64,000 nt of DNA from positions 107,956-171,955 of the forward strand of contig JBARXC010000151.1 of NCBI GenBank assembly GCA_049647125.1, read 5' to 3'. The notes beneath the pieces were generated by a model. It searched no databases. It was given only the letters and a program-made list of their open reading frames with translations, and was not told where the DNA came from. Shown here in pieces: positions 36,801 to 46,251 of this stretch. The position numbers were made by a program, and so were the translations under genes. The first letter of the stretch is position 1. Each line of letters opens with the position of its first letter. This DNA is from a bacterium (GTDB lineage: Bacteria > Hydrothermota > Tepidihabitantia > SM23-42).

Positions 36801-37012
36801 TCAAAATACGCACCACCGAATAGAATCCAAACAGTGGGATATCCACTAGAGAAGAATCTTGCAGTGTACATTAAATCATCAAATCCATCTCCATTAACAT
36901 CACCAACACAGAGGACATTATCCCCCAATTTTTGATAGTAAAATGAGCCGGTAATCGTTGCTAGACTATTCATTGATGAAAATATTGTCACTAACATTAT
37001 CCCATAAATCAT
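33848..37012 (-). CDS. large secreted FG-GAP plus BNR/Asp-box protein with T9SS C-terminal sorting domain
   Basis: N-terminal FG-GAP repeats (GDVNGDGFDDL, SDLNGDGYDDI, GDVDNDGIGDL, GDINGDGYNDV). Asp-box SIDEGVTW. CTD is IPNPFNLTLSIEF...IKAYDITGRLV...SQGVYFLRV. GGGAGG RBS. Confidence 0.8.
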   Translation of the reverse strand: MIYGIMLVTIFSSMNSLATITGSFYYQKLGDNVLCVGDVNGDGFDDLMYTARFFSSGYPTVWILFGGAYFDNIPDVELTYNPPYYGDFGYTTWSSDLNGDGYDDIIASNPIEFGMKAEDYVESPTENRAGREIFIYYGAEDISGIRYPDITIPCPSHVANDLYEFGLDICTVNYCVGWPPVYDEYPAIVVGCPNGVGTELKGKVFVYRGPDYQNYTELDNPLPGFYGDRLGFSVAAADFNNDRVDEIVAGAYAYGAERGAFVVWWAWEDMGVLDLCCDPPVGVGARFGHDVSSGDLTKDGFPDLAISAFRSHPNKVLISYGYDGWGSGYPWVFNQTLESLYNPNYDFFGICLSHCGDVDNDGIGDLVVGACQNGWAGVGNGYAAIYFGGDNHIDDEADYIIYGEHYDSGLGYEVNVRAGDINGDGYNDVAVSAPYYDEAASQSIGKVYIYGELSLLSSDPHALAYNGNRHFVRIPNSRVMHLVYTCNGKILYSNSIDEGVTWDYTPFELGQGSYPAVALSSAGLPSVTWTDDIGGLWYGKQITTGDWEVYHLYDPWSLGQPRLNSPPSIVITPSSQGDSVHIFTTLHVLANGPQNWVAEYLCHVQNPVQGSFIYMEGGSGPQAGPIRYYPSIARCDVDNSLHAVWQRGDTICYATRETGQPWNNWGWQFGVQGLYSAHPFVECYGDSVFVVWQRKEGFYNYEEVYRAARYLPGIFGWHNLSQTPSTKSLYPVNANGPYTVYTDLPMPPINTWWEIFYKIRPGDTPYNISETPYTWSHFPHSTARFSGQSYLYTVWLDKPGVAYSIRFKKLLIPPSTISAYLTSNNGYEIPSPYLIARDSFISDWQIPVDIGYETITYQFALKPGYRYKLKAIAYHESSGEWREWIKIDNKMKHLIKYDAYEPETLEFWIPPAFYKDSIVEVTFERKKGDFATAGLIFIYRYEYEEGEDAESGGPMAQESQPFSTSSFTIIPNPFNLTLSIEFQIQTEENYSIKAYDITGRLVKKIHKGAINGNRILNWNGKDENDRVVSQGVYFLRVDNYNTGESSVHKVIKIQ

Positions 37013-37096
37013 TTTTTCCTCCCTTTTTTCTAACTCAATGCCGAATAGATCGCAGATACAATGATACTAGCTTTGTCTTGCTTCAGCGAAAACATA

Positions 37097-37207
37097 TCAG
37101 CATCCTAAATCAACGCAATATATCCCAAAAGGTCCAATCGATATCCAGTCACCATATGCCGAGGACATCATCGCCAATAAAAACAATATACTGAGGAACT
37201 TTTTCAT
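37097..37207 (-). CDS. candidate 36-aa secreted small peptide (signal peptide plus 17-aa Cys-containing tail)
   Basis: GAGGAGG RBS 7 nt upstream of the ATG, with its own promoter. Sequence is MKKFLSILFLLAMMSSAYG/DWISIGPFGIYCVDLGC. Below the ORF-track length cut-off. Confidence 0.3.
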   Translation of the reverse strand: MKKFLSILFLLAMMSSAYGDWISIGPFGIYCVDLGC

Positions 37208-37222
37208 AGCCATACCTCCTCT

Positions 37223-37244
37223 TTAATATACTTAAGTATATTAA
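37223..37244. promoter_or_regulatory. 22-bp perfect palindrome (candidate operator) overlapping the -10 and predicted TSS
   Basis: ttaatatacttaagtatattaa, all 11 base pairs checked. Confidence 0.45.
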
Positions 37245-37262
37245 TCACTGGTAATTTGTCAA
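37235..37262 (-). promoter_or_regulatory. sigma70-type promoter of small ORF / FG-GAP gene pair
   Basis: Minus strand reads TTGACA-16 nt-TATACT, followed by ...aaagaGGAGGtatggctATG. Confidence 0.45.
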
Positions 37263-37290
37263 GAGTTAAATACCTACTTCTCCCTATTAT

Positions 37291-38358
37291 TTAGAGATTA
37301 ACCCAATTGAGTTTGCGGTATTCCTCATATATTATTGTAATGATACGTTTGGGTGCTGGAAAATCCCTTACCCACTTTAAACCCTGCTCCCGTTTCTTCC
37401 TTCTCAGCTCAGCATCCATCAAAAGGTTATGCAAAACATCTTCGAAATTCCTTTTGGTCGCTTTGACAAAAGGATGATCAGGCAAAAGGTATTCGTAGTC
37501 ATCCAAAATTTCTACTATTGTCGGAATACCTAAAGCCAGGAATTCAAGCCCGCTTCGGCCATAGCCAGTTCCTGCATAATTACCAATATTGTCAATACCG
37601 ATATCGCACGTCGCTTTGAGCTCCATACACCGTTTATTAGAAACACCTTCGATAAGCAGGAATTCGAAATTAATCTTCTTTTTTAGATTATTTATTGCTT
37701 TGATAATATCTCCGGTACCTTTTGCCGACCGGCGCGTTGGAGAGTGACCAATCCTCAGCACTTTATTCTCATGTGTTCTGGGCGTAATGTGGTCAGCTTC
37801 ATATGGTATCGGCACGAATACCAATGCTGGATCTATTTTTGTGTGGTCTAATTCTGAAGTAAACCTCAATTGAGCGAATTTACGTAAATATGGATTCATC
37901 CCCCATTTCCTCAGTTCACTGCCAAAAAAATGCGTGACAATCCGTTTATTTTCAAGTTTCTTTAAAATGCGGTCACCAAAGATAAATGGCAAGTCGCCAT
38001 CAAAATGGTAAACATCAAAATTACCCAGGTCAAAACGTCGCCATGATTTATGCAGTTGATTCAACCAAATTATATCCCTTGTCTTAAAAAACATTCTTTG
38101 CCACACATTCTCTCCCTTAATTCTCAATCTCAATTCATGTTCGGGCACATTGACGTTTTGCCGCCCGGTCATCCGGCGCATTGCCCTTATCAAACCAGAA
38201 TTCAGCAGAGGGTAGTTTAGCATTAGCCCATTGGGAAACCCCAGGATTGAAGGTGTCATAGTCACCAGGATACCTTCATCATCAAAAAATCTATGGCTGC
38301 AACTCAATAAGCCGGGAACATCCTGAAAATTCTCAAATGATAGATGCAATATTCTCAT
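37291..38358 (-). CDS. glycosyltransferase (GT-B fold) candidate
   Basis: Start set at MRILHLS (ATGA overlap with the upstream stop). C-terminal half ...GHSPTRRSAKGTGDIIKAI...YGRSGLEFLALGIPTIV resembles the GT4 donor-binding domain. Confidence 0.55.
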   Translation of the reverse strand: MRILHLSFENFQDVPGLLSCSHRFFDDEGILVTMTPSILGFPNGLMLNYPLLNSGLIRAMRRMTGRQNVNVPEHELRLRIKGENVWQRMFFKTRDIIWLNQLHKSWRRFDLGNFDVYHFDGDLPFIFGDRILKKLENKRIVTHFFGSELRKWGMNPYLRKFAQLRFTSELDHTKIDPALVFVPIPYEADHITPRTHENKVLRIGHSPTRRSAKGTGDIIKAINNLKKKINFEFLLIEGVSNKRCMELKATCDIGIDNIGNYAGTGYGRSGLEFLALGIPTIVEILDDYEYLLPDHPFVKATKRNFEDVLHNLLMDAELRRKKREQGLKWVRDFPAPKRIITIIYEEYRKLNWVNL

Positions 38359-39794
38359 TTCAAGGACCGGTCTTTTTTGAAAACTTGTTTGACCTGCACT
38401 TTCAAAAGGTTCCACAATTTCTTAAGCTTATCTTTGTCAGTAATCTTTGTAAAACCACGCTTTAAACCCTGGAAGCCGCTGAACCTTCGACGGTAAATCC
38501 TGAGCGCGATTCTTTCGAGCTCTGCAAAACCAAGCTGAGGCTGGAGCAGGATTGGCACACATCTTGTCTGGAGTATTGATTCCAACCGCTCATCATCATA
38601 AGGCAGACTCCATTTGAACTTCTCGGGCAGAAATTTATTTTTCACGGCGTATTCTTCCAAATAGGTACCAGGATAAATTCTGACACCAGCGCCGCTCGCA
38701 ACAGTTGTTATTTCATCCGCGTTCTTGTCAATAAACTCGAATGTTCTTTCCACATCCTCCATGGTCTCGCCGATGTGGCCAAAGGAAAAAAAGACCTTTG
38801 TCTTCAAGCCGATTCTAATACACCAATCCAAGAGCTCCTGTGCCTGTTCTACTGTAAAACCTTTACGCATAAGGTTCAATACCTTCTGACTTGCTGACTC
38901 TACGCCAAAGTTCACGTAATAACATCCGGCACCAATCATCTTCTCAATCATTTCCTGATCTACCGTACCTACCCGTATCTCACATTCCCAGGGGAAATTC
39001 AATCTGCGGCGCGTGATTTCGTCACACAGATCATTTACATGTTCTCGCTGCATAGTTAGCGTACTATCGAATATCTTTATACCCTTGTATCCAAATTTGT
39101 CAAGGAGCAACTCAATGTCATCCAAGACACGCGGCGCCGAGTGCGTTGTAACCTGATGGTTGAACATACGGCTAGCTGAGCAAAAGCTGCATCGGGCAAG
39201 ACAACCACGCGAAGTGATAGTTGAAATACCTCGCTTGTCAATGAATTCCATATTGAGCGCATACTTGTTAATATCAAGTAAATGGTAAGCTGGTGCAGGC
39301 AAATCGTCAAGAGCATGGATGCGTTCAGCCGGTGGATTTCTATGCGTACCTTCGTGGTCACGATAGGTTATGCCCCTAACCTTACTGAGATCTTTGCCTT
39401 TCTTAAGGGCATTAACCAGCGAAACAATAGTATGTTCACCTTCACCACGTACCACATAGTCAATATCCTCAATACACTCCAGGGTCTCAATATCAGTAAA
39501 GGTAGCGTGGACCCCACCATAGATAGTAGCAATGGCTTTGTCAAATTCTTTTGTTTCTTTTGCCAAACGAAAAGACTCAAAACGCGTATGCGTTGTACCC
39601 GAAATACCCACGTACTTTGGTTTGGACTTTTCTAACCACGGACCGAGTTTATTTCCCCCCACTTCCAAATCCACTATGTTAACTGAGTGATCGTGCTTCT
39701 CAAGGTTAGCTGCCATGTAGGCCAGACCAAGCGGAGGCATTCTTTCAAAAAAACCACCCTGTTCTCTGGGGTTTACAAGAAGTACATCAATCAT
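38355..39794 (-). CDS. B12-binding domain radical SAM enzyme (class B)
   Basis: N-terminal cobalamin-binding-type domain (VLLVNP...LGLAYMAANL...YVGISG) and TSRGCLARCSFCSAS (CxxxCxxC). Confidence 0.85.
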   Translation of the reverse strand: MIDVLLVNPREQGGFFERMPPLGLAYMAANLEKHDHSVNIVDLEVGGNKLGPWLEKSKPKYVGISGTTHTRFESFRLAKETKEFDKAIATIYGGVHATFTDIETLECIEDIDYVVRGEGEHTIVSLVNALKKGKDLSKVRGITYRDHEGTHRNPPAERIHALDDLPAPAYHLLDINKYALNMEFIDKRGISTITSRGCLARCSFCSASRMFNHQVTTHSAPRVLDDIELLLDKFGYKGIKIFDSTLTMQREHVNDLCDEITRRRLNFPWECEIRVGTVDQEMIEKMIGAGCYYVNFGVESASQKVLNLMRKGFTVEQAQELLDWCIRIGLKTKVFFSFGHIGETMEDVERTFEFIDKNADEITTVASGAGVRIYPGTYLEEYAVKNKFLPEKFKWSLPYDDERLESILQTRCVPILLQPQLGFAELERIALRIYRRRFSGFQGLKRGFTKITDKDKLKKLWNLLKVQVKQVFKKDRSLK

Positions 39795-39838
39795 TCAGTT
39801 ATGGGGTGTTTGAAAACCACTTATTTCGCGATTCTAAG

Positions 39839-40681
39839 CTATTTGCCAAAAGAACTCTTGATTGCCTCATTAAGGGGTGTTTCTTGATAACCCAAAACTT
39901 GCTTTGCCTTTGAATTGCTTCCAGTGAGCTCGAGCTTACCAACACTAATCTTTTTTGGCGACCCGGCACACACATACTTGATCTTATCAATCAAATCATC
40001 AACCCTGACCGAACCCCCGCATAGATTGAACACTTCATGCCCATCAAGATCCCGAAGCTTCATCAAAGGAGCAATAGTGTCATCAACAAAAGTCGGGTTG
40101 ATAATACTGTATTCTGTATCAACACTTTTACCGTCCCTAATTGCTTGATAAAGGTTCGACACATGTCCAGACGGTAAATTCTTCCCAAATGGAAAAAAAA
40201 CCCGCACCGTGTGCAATGCAAACGACTTGAAATAATAGCGGAAAAGTATTTCTGTCTCGAATTTAGTCGTCGCATAGAAACTGTGCGGGTCATAGCCAGC
40301 CTTTTCATCAAGGTCATGTCCCTGACCATAGACCTCACCACTTGACAGGTATATGAATTTACTGACGCCGACTTTTCTTGCCCAATCGAGCAAAAGCAGC
40401 GTGGCACATGGATTTGATTTGAAAATTGTCGTGAAAGAACCATTATATGCCTCAAACAAATGCCATACACACTTGACTTTTCTGGGTAGTGCTTTGTCAA
40501 TATTTGTGTCGCGATCAAATCTAAAGAATCCATATTTAAGGTTTATCTTACCGAGAAATGACATGGGGACGTCTTTGGGAGAAGGGAATAGCGTGTAAAC
40601 TGACTCGCCCTTTTTCAATAGCTCAAAAATTAGCTTCTCGCCAATGCCAAAAGGACTCGTCACCAGATTCACTGTCTCCAC
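39839..40681 (-). CDS. NAD-dependent epimerase/dehydratase family protein (divergent)
   Basis: YATTKFETE (YxxxK) and degenerate Rossmann N-terminus LVTSPFGIGEKLIFELL. GTG start. Confidence 0.6.
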   Translation of the reverse strand: METVNLVTSPFGIGEKLIFELLKKGESVYTLFPSPKDVPMSFLGKINLKYGFFRFDRDTNIDKALPRKVKCVWHLFEAYNGSFTTIFKSNPCATLLLLDWARKVGVSKFIYLSSGEVYGQGHDLDEKAGYDPHSFYATTKFETEILFRYYFKSFALHTVRVFFPFGKNLPSGHVSNLYQAIRDGKSVDTEYSIINPTFVDDTIAPLMKLRDLDGHEVFNLCGGSVRVDDLIDKIKYVCAGSPKKISVGKLELTGSNSKAKQVLGYQETPLNEAIKSSFGK

Positions 40682-40686
40682 AATTT

Positions 40687-40714
40687 ATTATATACGAAAT
40701 AACATAGTCGTCAA
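40687..40714 (-). promoter_or_regulatory. candidate internal promoter ahead of the SDR-rSAM-GT genes
   Basis: Minus strand reads TTGACG-16 nt-TATAAT, then 5 nt to the GTG at 40681. Confidence 0.35.
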
Positions 40715-40760
40715 TCAAAATCATCTGGCAGCAATATAAGACAATTCTTGTTATTGTATT

Positions 40761-41777
40761 CTACACTAGAAATTTAATAGCAGGCTCGCTGTCAAAAAAT
40801 GGTAGTTCGTTAATTTCCTTCCTCTCAAGGCCTGTTTTTTCCAATAATGCATCAATAGCTTCTTTAGGTTCCTCTCTTACTTCTTCTTCCTGGTCTTTGA
40901 GCATAGTACGAGCTTCCTCAATATTTATGAAACCGGCGCGTAAATTTGCCGAAATGCTCATCCAGTGCCTTGAAAACCCAAATTTCCTTTGAAGAAAATG
41001 ATCAGCAGCATCAGCAACTATACAATCTACGTGTCTTGGCATTCCATCTGGCATCGCCCTCCAGTTTACTTCTTTTCTTAATATTCTCATTATTTTTCCT
41101 TCTTCCCAGTTTAAATATTGAGGTAATGAAATGAGATTAAATCTTTTTATTTCATCGGTTGGCGTTACTATGTCATGCAATTCTTCAAAACTGTAATCAT
41201 TACCAACTACCTTCATAAATCTTTCATAATGGTGTTTATACATCCCAAGAACATTGAATTCAACCTGCGAACCAGACACACCACCATGGATTATTGTCCA
41301 GATGTTATTCTCGCCACCAACTACAAAACCCGAACGGCAGCAACCTTGACAACATGGCGTACAAAAATCGCCGGTTCTTAACAAAAAATCGCGATACAAT
41401 CTATATAGAATTCTATAATCCGGTCTTATTGTGGTAATACCAATATTCAAGATTTTACTTAAATTAAAGAGATTCTGTTTAGCGGTTTCAGATTGGAAAC
41501 CATGATCAAAATTCGCGCCGATTATATTAAGTTTGTATTTAGTTTTGCATAAATACAAAACGTATGAACTGTCAATCCCGCCACTACATGTTACAATAAA
41601 TTTGTTGTTTTTTGCAGTTTCTTTCTCTAAAATTTTCCTCAATTCTGATTCGGATTTTCCAGAATCAAAATCCCCAAATTTCCTTTCATATTCAACACAT
41701 ACGTTGCAATACCCTTCTGAATTCAATTTCAGTTTTGGATATGTTTCTGGAAGCAGACATTTCTTACAGAATTTCAT
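40761..41777 (-). CDS. N-acetyl sugar amidotransferase (PP-loop ATPase, WbuX/WbpG-like)
   Basis: N-terminal Cys motif CKKCLLPETYP...GYCNVC and PP-loop CSGGIDSS. Confidence 0.75.
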   Translation of the reverse strand: MKFCKKCLLPETYPKLKLNSEGYCNVCVEYERKFGDFDSGKSESELRKILEKETAKNNKFIVTCSGGIDSSYVLYLCKTKYKLNIIGANFDHGFQSETAKQNLFNLSKILNIGITTIRPDYRILYRLYRDFLLRTGDFCTPCCQGCCRSGFVVGGENNIWTIIHGGVSGSQVEFNVLGMYKHHYERFMKVVGNDYSFEELHDIVTPTDEIKRFNLISLPQYLNWEEGKIMRILRKEVNWRAMPDGMPRHVDCIVADAADHFLQRKFGFSRHWMSISANLRAGFINIEEARTMLKDQEEEVREEPKEAIDALLEKTGLERKEINELPFFDSEPAIKFLV

Positions 41778-41791
41778 TTATCAGCTTTTGT

Positions 41792-41819
41792 ACTATACTT
41801 TATAAAAATCGGAAGTCAA
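41792..41819 (-). promoter_or_regulatory. sigma70-type promoter of the amidotransferase cassette
   Basis: Minus strand reads TTGACT-16 nt-TATAGT, then 14 nt to the ATG with no SD. Confidence 0.4.
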
Positions 41820-41872
41820 TATCCGAGACATCTGAATCCTCTACACTTTTTTGAAATACTAATTTGTCATTG

Positions 41873-41941
41873 CTCGCCCCGTTAAATAGCGATTCCAGAA
41901 ATGGCTAAATATTTTCCTGTAAGTTTATTTAACGGGGCGAG
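41873..41941. repeat. long-loop hairpin element (15-bp perfect stem, 39-nt loop)
   Basis: ctcgccccgttaaat / atttaacggggcgag. The stem core CCCCGTTA(A/G)AT is shared with the inner stem of the 8462-8622 element. Confidence 0.6.
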
Positions 41942-41955
41942 GATGAAGTTTTTCT

Positions 41956-43053
41956 TCAGGAAATGCAATCACTGATTACACTAAGTAATCTCTGTAAGAT
42001 ATAATCTGCATTACGTAACACAATACTCGGTACTATTTTTCTATTATAATATAAATTTGTTAAGTTATACTCTTTGATCTTCAAGAATCTTTTTGCGATA
42101 TAATAATCAAAAAATGAAGGGCGGTTAAAGAAAACCTGCGGTATCTTCATTGCCGCAGATTCAAGTGATGCCGTGCCTGAACAGATAATAAGCAGATCAC
42201 AGTCTTTCATAGTTTGATAACGGTTTTCCGTCGTAATCATTGCCTTATCCTGGAGTAGAGCCTTGCTCTCGGTATCGAGCCTCGAGGCGAGATGTAGGCG
42301 CGTGAACAACGGACGTAAGCGCCCTATTCCTATGAGGCTTGAGTGCAAAATCAACACAAATTCGATATCGTTTCTTTTCTGAACAATTCTTCTCATCAGC
42401 TCGATCATAACCGGCAAATTCCTTTTGATTTCGCTTTTGCGTGAACCAGGCATGAGACCGATTCTTTTTTTAAAATTATTTCTTTTGTAATTTTTCAACC
42501 CTTTAAATAATGGATTTTTGAAATAAATTGTATCAATACCCATTTTTTTATAGAATTCGTATTCAAAAGGGAAAACTGAAATGACTTTATCAACCCATTT
42601 TTTGATAAAGTATTTTCTGAATGTACCCCATGCCCAAATCTGAGGTGGAAGAAAATAATAAACTCTGCAACCCAGATACTTCGCATACTTACAGAGTAAT
42701 ATATTCAAACCAGGGTAAGCAACCCCAATAAATGTCTTAGGTCGAATCCTGTACATCAGGCGTGCGATCTTTCCGTAGATTGTGTAATTACGATAAGCTG
42801 TTAAGACTCCGCTTGTAAAACCAAGCGTCGTCATTCTATTATAATCTACCAGAACATCCACCCCGCTCTCCACCAGGTTCTTGCCGCCCACTGCAAAGAT
42901 TCTCAGACCTGGCGTTTTGGTTTTCATGCCACAGGCTAAGAATGAGGCATACAAATCACCAGATGGCTCACCCACACTGATGAATACAGGACCATCAACT
43001 TCCATTGACATCATCTTATATGCCAATGATACGCAATTTTGTTTGGAAATCAA
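41956..43053 (-). CDS. lpxB: lipid-A-disaccharide synthase
   Basis: SVGEPSGDLYAS (compare GE(A/T)SGD of LpxB) and CSGTASLESAAMKIPQV near the C-terminus. The true start may be an internal Met (MSMEVDG). Confidence 0.75.
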   Translation of the reverse strand: MISKQNCVSLAYKMMSMEVDGPVFISVGEPSGDLYASFLACGMKTKTPGLRIFAVGGKNLVESGVDVLVDYNRMTTLGFTSGVLTAYRNYTIYGKIARLMYRIRPKTFIGVAYPGLNILLCKYAKYLGCRVYYFLPPQIWAWGTFRKYFIKKWVDKVISVFPFEYEFYKKMGIDTIYFKNPLFKGLKNYKRNNFKKRIGLMPGSRKSEIKRNLPVMIELMRRIVQKRNDIEFVLILHSSLIGIGRLRPLFTRLHLASRLDTESKALLQDKAMITTENRYQTMKDCDLLIICSGTASLESAAMKIPQVFFNRPSFFDYYIAKRFLKIKEYNLTNLYYNRKIVPSIVLRNADYILQRLLSVISDCIS

Positions 43054-43074
43054 CGTATTTGGTTAAGTATTAGT

Positions 43075-43392
43075 CTAAGATTTTTTGTTTTTTAAAGGTT
43101 TCTTGTCAGTAATCTCTGAAGGTTTTGAATCTACTTTAGCAGGCAGGGTTGGTTTTTTGTCTGGCTTTTTCAATTCGGTACTTCTTTTTTCCTGGGGTTG
43201 GGGTAAATTGGCTCTCTTGTAGTCAGTTATGTAAAACCCTTTTCCTTTAAAGATTAACCCCACGCCTCCACTAATCAAACGCCTTAATTTACCACGGCAT
43301 TTCGGACATCTTTGCAGAGGTTTGTCAGTGATTTTTTGAAATTCCTCAAATCTGTATTTACACTTGATGCATTCGTATTCGTAAGTAGGCAT
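43075..43392 (-). CDS. FmdB-family zinc-ribbon protein
   Basis: MPTYEYECIKCKYRFE...CPKC signature. Confidence 0.85.
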   Translation of the reverse strand: MPTYEYECIKCKYRFEEFQKITDKPLQRCPKCRGKLRRLISGGVGLIFKGKGFYITDYKRANLPQPQEKRSTELKKPDKKPTLPAKVDSKPSEITDKKPLKNKKS

Positions 43393-43502
43393 ACCTTATT
43401 GAGTATGGGAGAACCGGAGAAAGGGAGAAACGGCGAAAGAACCTGTTTTTTTCTGGTTATGCATATCACCGATACTCCCCATCCTCCATGCTCTGTTTCT
43501 TA

Positions 43503-45435
<1,933 letters not shown>

Positions 45436-45439
<4 letters not shown>

Positions 45440-45942
45440 TTTTCCTCCTTCTTTTCTCTGTCCCAATAGACTCTTGCCAACTTTTGTTCATCTGAGAATT
45501 TATACTCCACGCTACCGCCATAGGAATGATACAGCATTCTACCCAGATGAACTGCTAAATTCTCCGAGGTGGTCTCAACCCGCACCGCATCATTTTTTTC
45601 AATGATATCGATGATTCTATCAAGCGGGTTGTGAGTAACCTCTTTAGCTTCTTCATTTCTCAACATATTGAGAATCTGATCACGTCTCTGCACGAAAAAA
45701 TTACCAGTTATATAGACAATCCCCATTACATAATGATCTTCTTCTTTGCAACAGGCCGGGCATTTATGCTGCTCGACTGCCAGTTTTGGGTCAAAATCTG
45801 GAATTCTCTGCCACCGTCGGCGTCTATAAACAAGTCCACAGCGCGGACAAAGAGTCGGCTCCTTGTAACTCTTTCTAGTCAAATACGGATCATCGAGATG
45901 GGGTCTCAGCCCCCCTCTAATACCTCGTCTTCCTCTTGGCAA
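45436..45942 (-). CDS. BCAM0308/NMD3-like zinc-ribbon protein
   Basis: TTG start 7 nt after AGGAG. DPYL...EPTLCPRCG...RWQ...HKCPACC...GIVYITG...[10 protein letters not shown]...[14 protein letters not shown]...RVYWDR matches my recollection of the BCAM0308 family (COG1499-like). Confidence 0.5.
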
Positions 45943-46009
45943 AACCCGTCTCCTTTTTTCTCTCTATCATGATTTTATTACACTTCCTGCCTATAAAACA
46001 CAAACAAAT

Positions 46010-46083
46010 TGGGCGAAACCCGACTTGAACGGGTGACCTTCTGCTTGTAAGGCAGACGCTCTCGCCAACTGAGCTATTCGCCC
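46010..46083 (-). tRNA. tRNA-Val (anticodon UAC)
   Basis: Folds as a cloverleaf: acceptor GGGCGAA/UUCGCCC, D stem GCUC/GAGC, anticodon stem UCUGC/GCAGA with loop CUUACAA, T stem ACCCG/CGGGU. No encoded CCA. Confidence 0.9.
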
Positions 46084-46095
46084 TTATGACACTAT

Positions 46096-46123
46096 ATTAT
46101 ACGCAAAAGTTTAGTCTTGTCAA
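46096..46123 (-). promoter_or_regulatory. consensus sigma70 promoter upstream of tRNA-Val (and possibly the groESL unit)
   Basis: Minus strand reads TTGACA-16 nt-TATAAT, then 12 nt to the tRNA 5' end. Confidence 0.55.
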
Positions 46124-46193
46124 TATTAAAGTTCTGGTTTTATGTGGTTTTTTGAAAAATTTAATGTCTGTCAATATTCAATCTCCAATATCA

Positions 46194-46222
46194 TTGACTT
46201 CCAGTGATTTGTGGGTTATAAT
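46194..46222 (+). promoter_or_regulatory. consensus sigma70 promoter of the COG2403-like gene
   Basis: TTGACT-17 nt-TATAAT, then GAAAGGAGG RBS and ATG at 46252. Confidence 0.55.
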
Positions 46223-46251
46223 AAAGGTAAAAATTGAAAGGAGGAATTTCT

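Noticed and set aside
40063-40533. 156-aa minus-strand ORF overlapping the SDR gene in another frame, and similar internal or antisense ORFs throughout the track
   Set aside because: These are fully nested within better-supported genes that carry recognisable motifs. They have no independent start signals.
46010-46083. tRNA-Val as an integration hotspot or genomic-island boundary
   Set aside because: No integrase, no direct repeat of the tRNA 3' end and no compositional break is visible on either side. The flanking genes are housekeeping.
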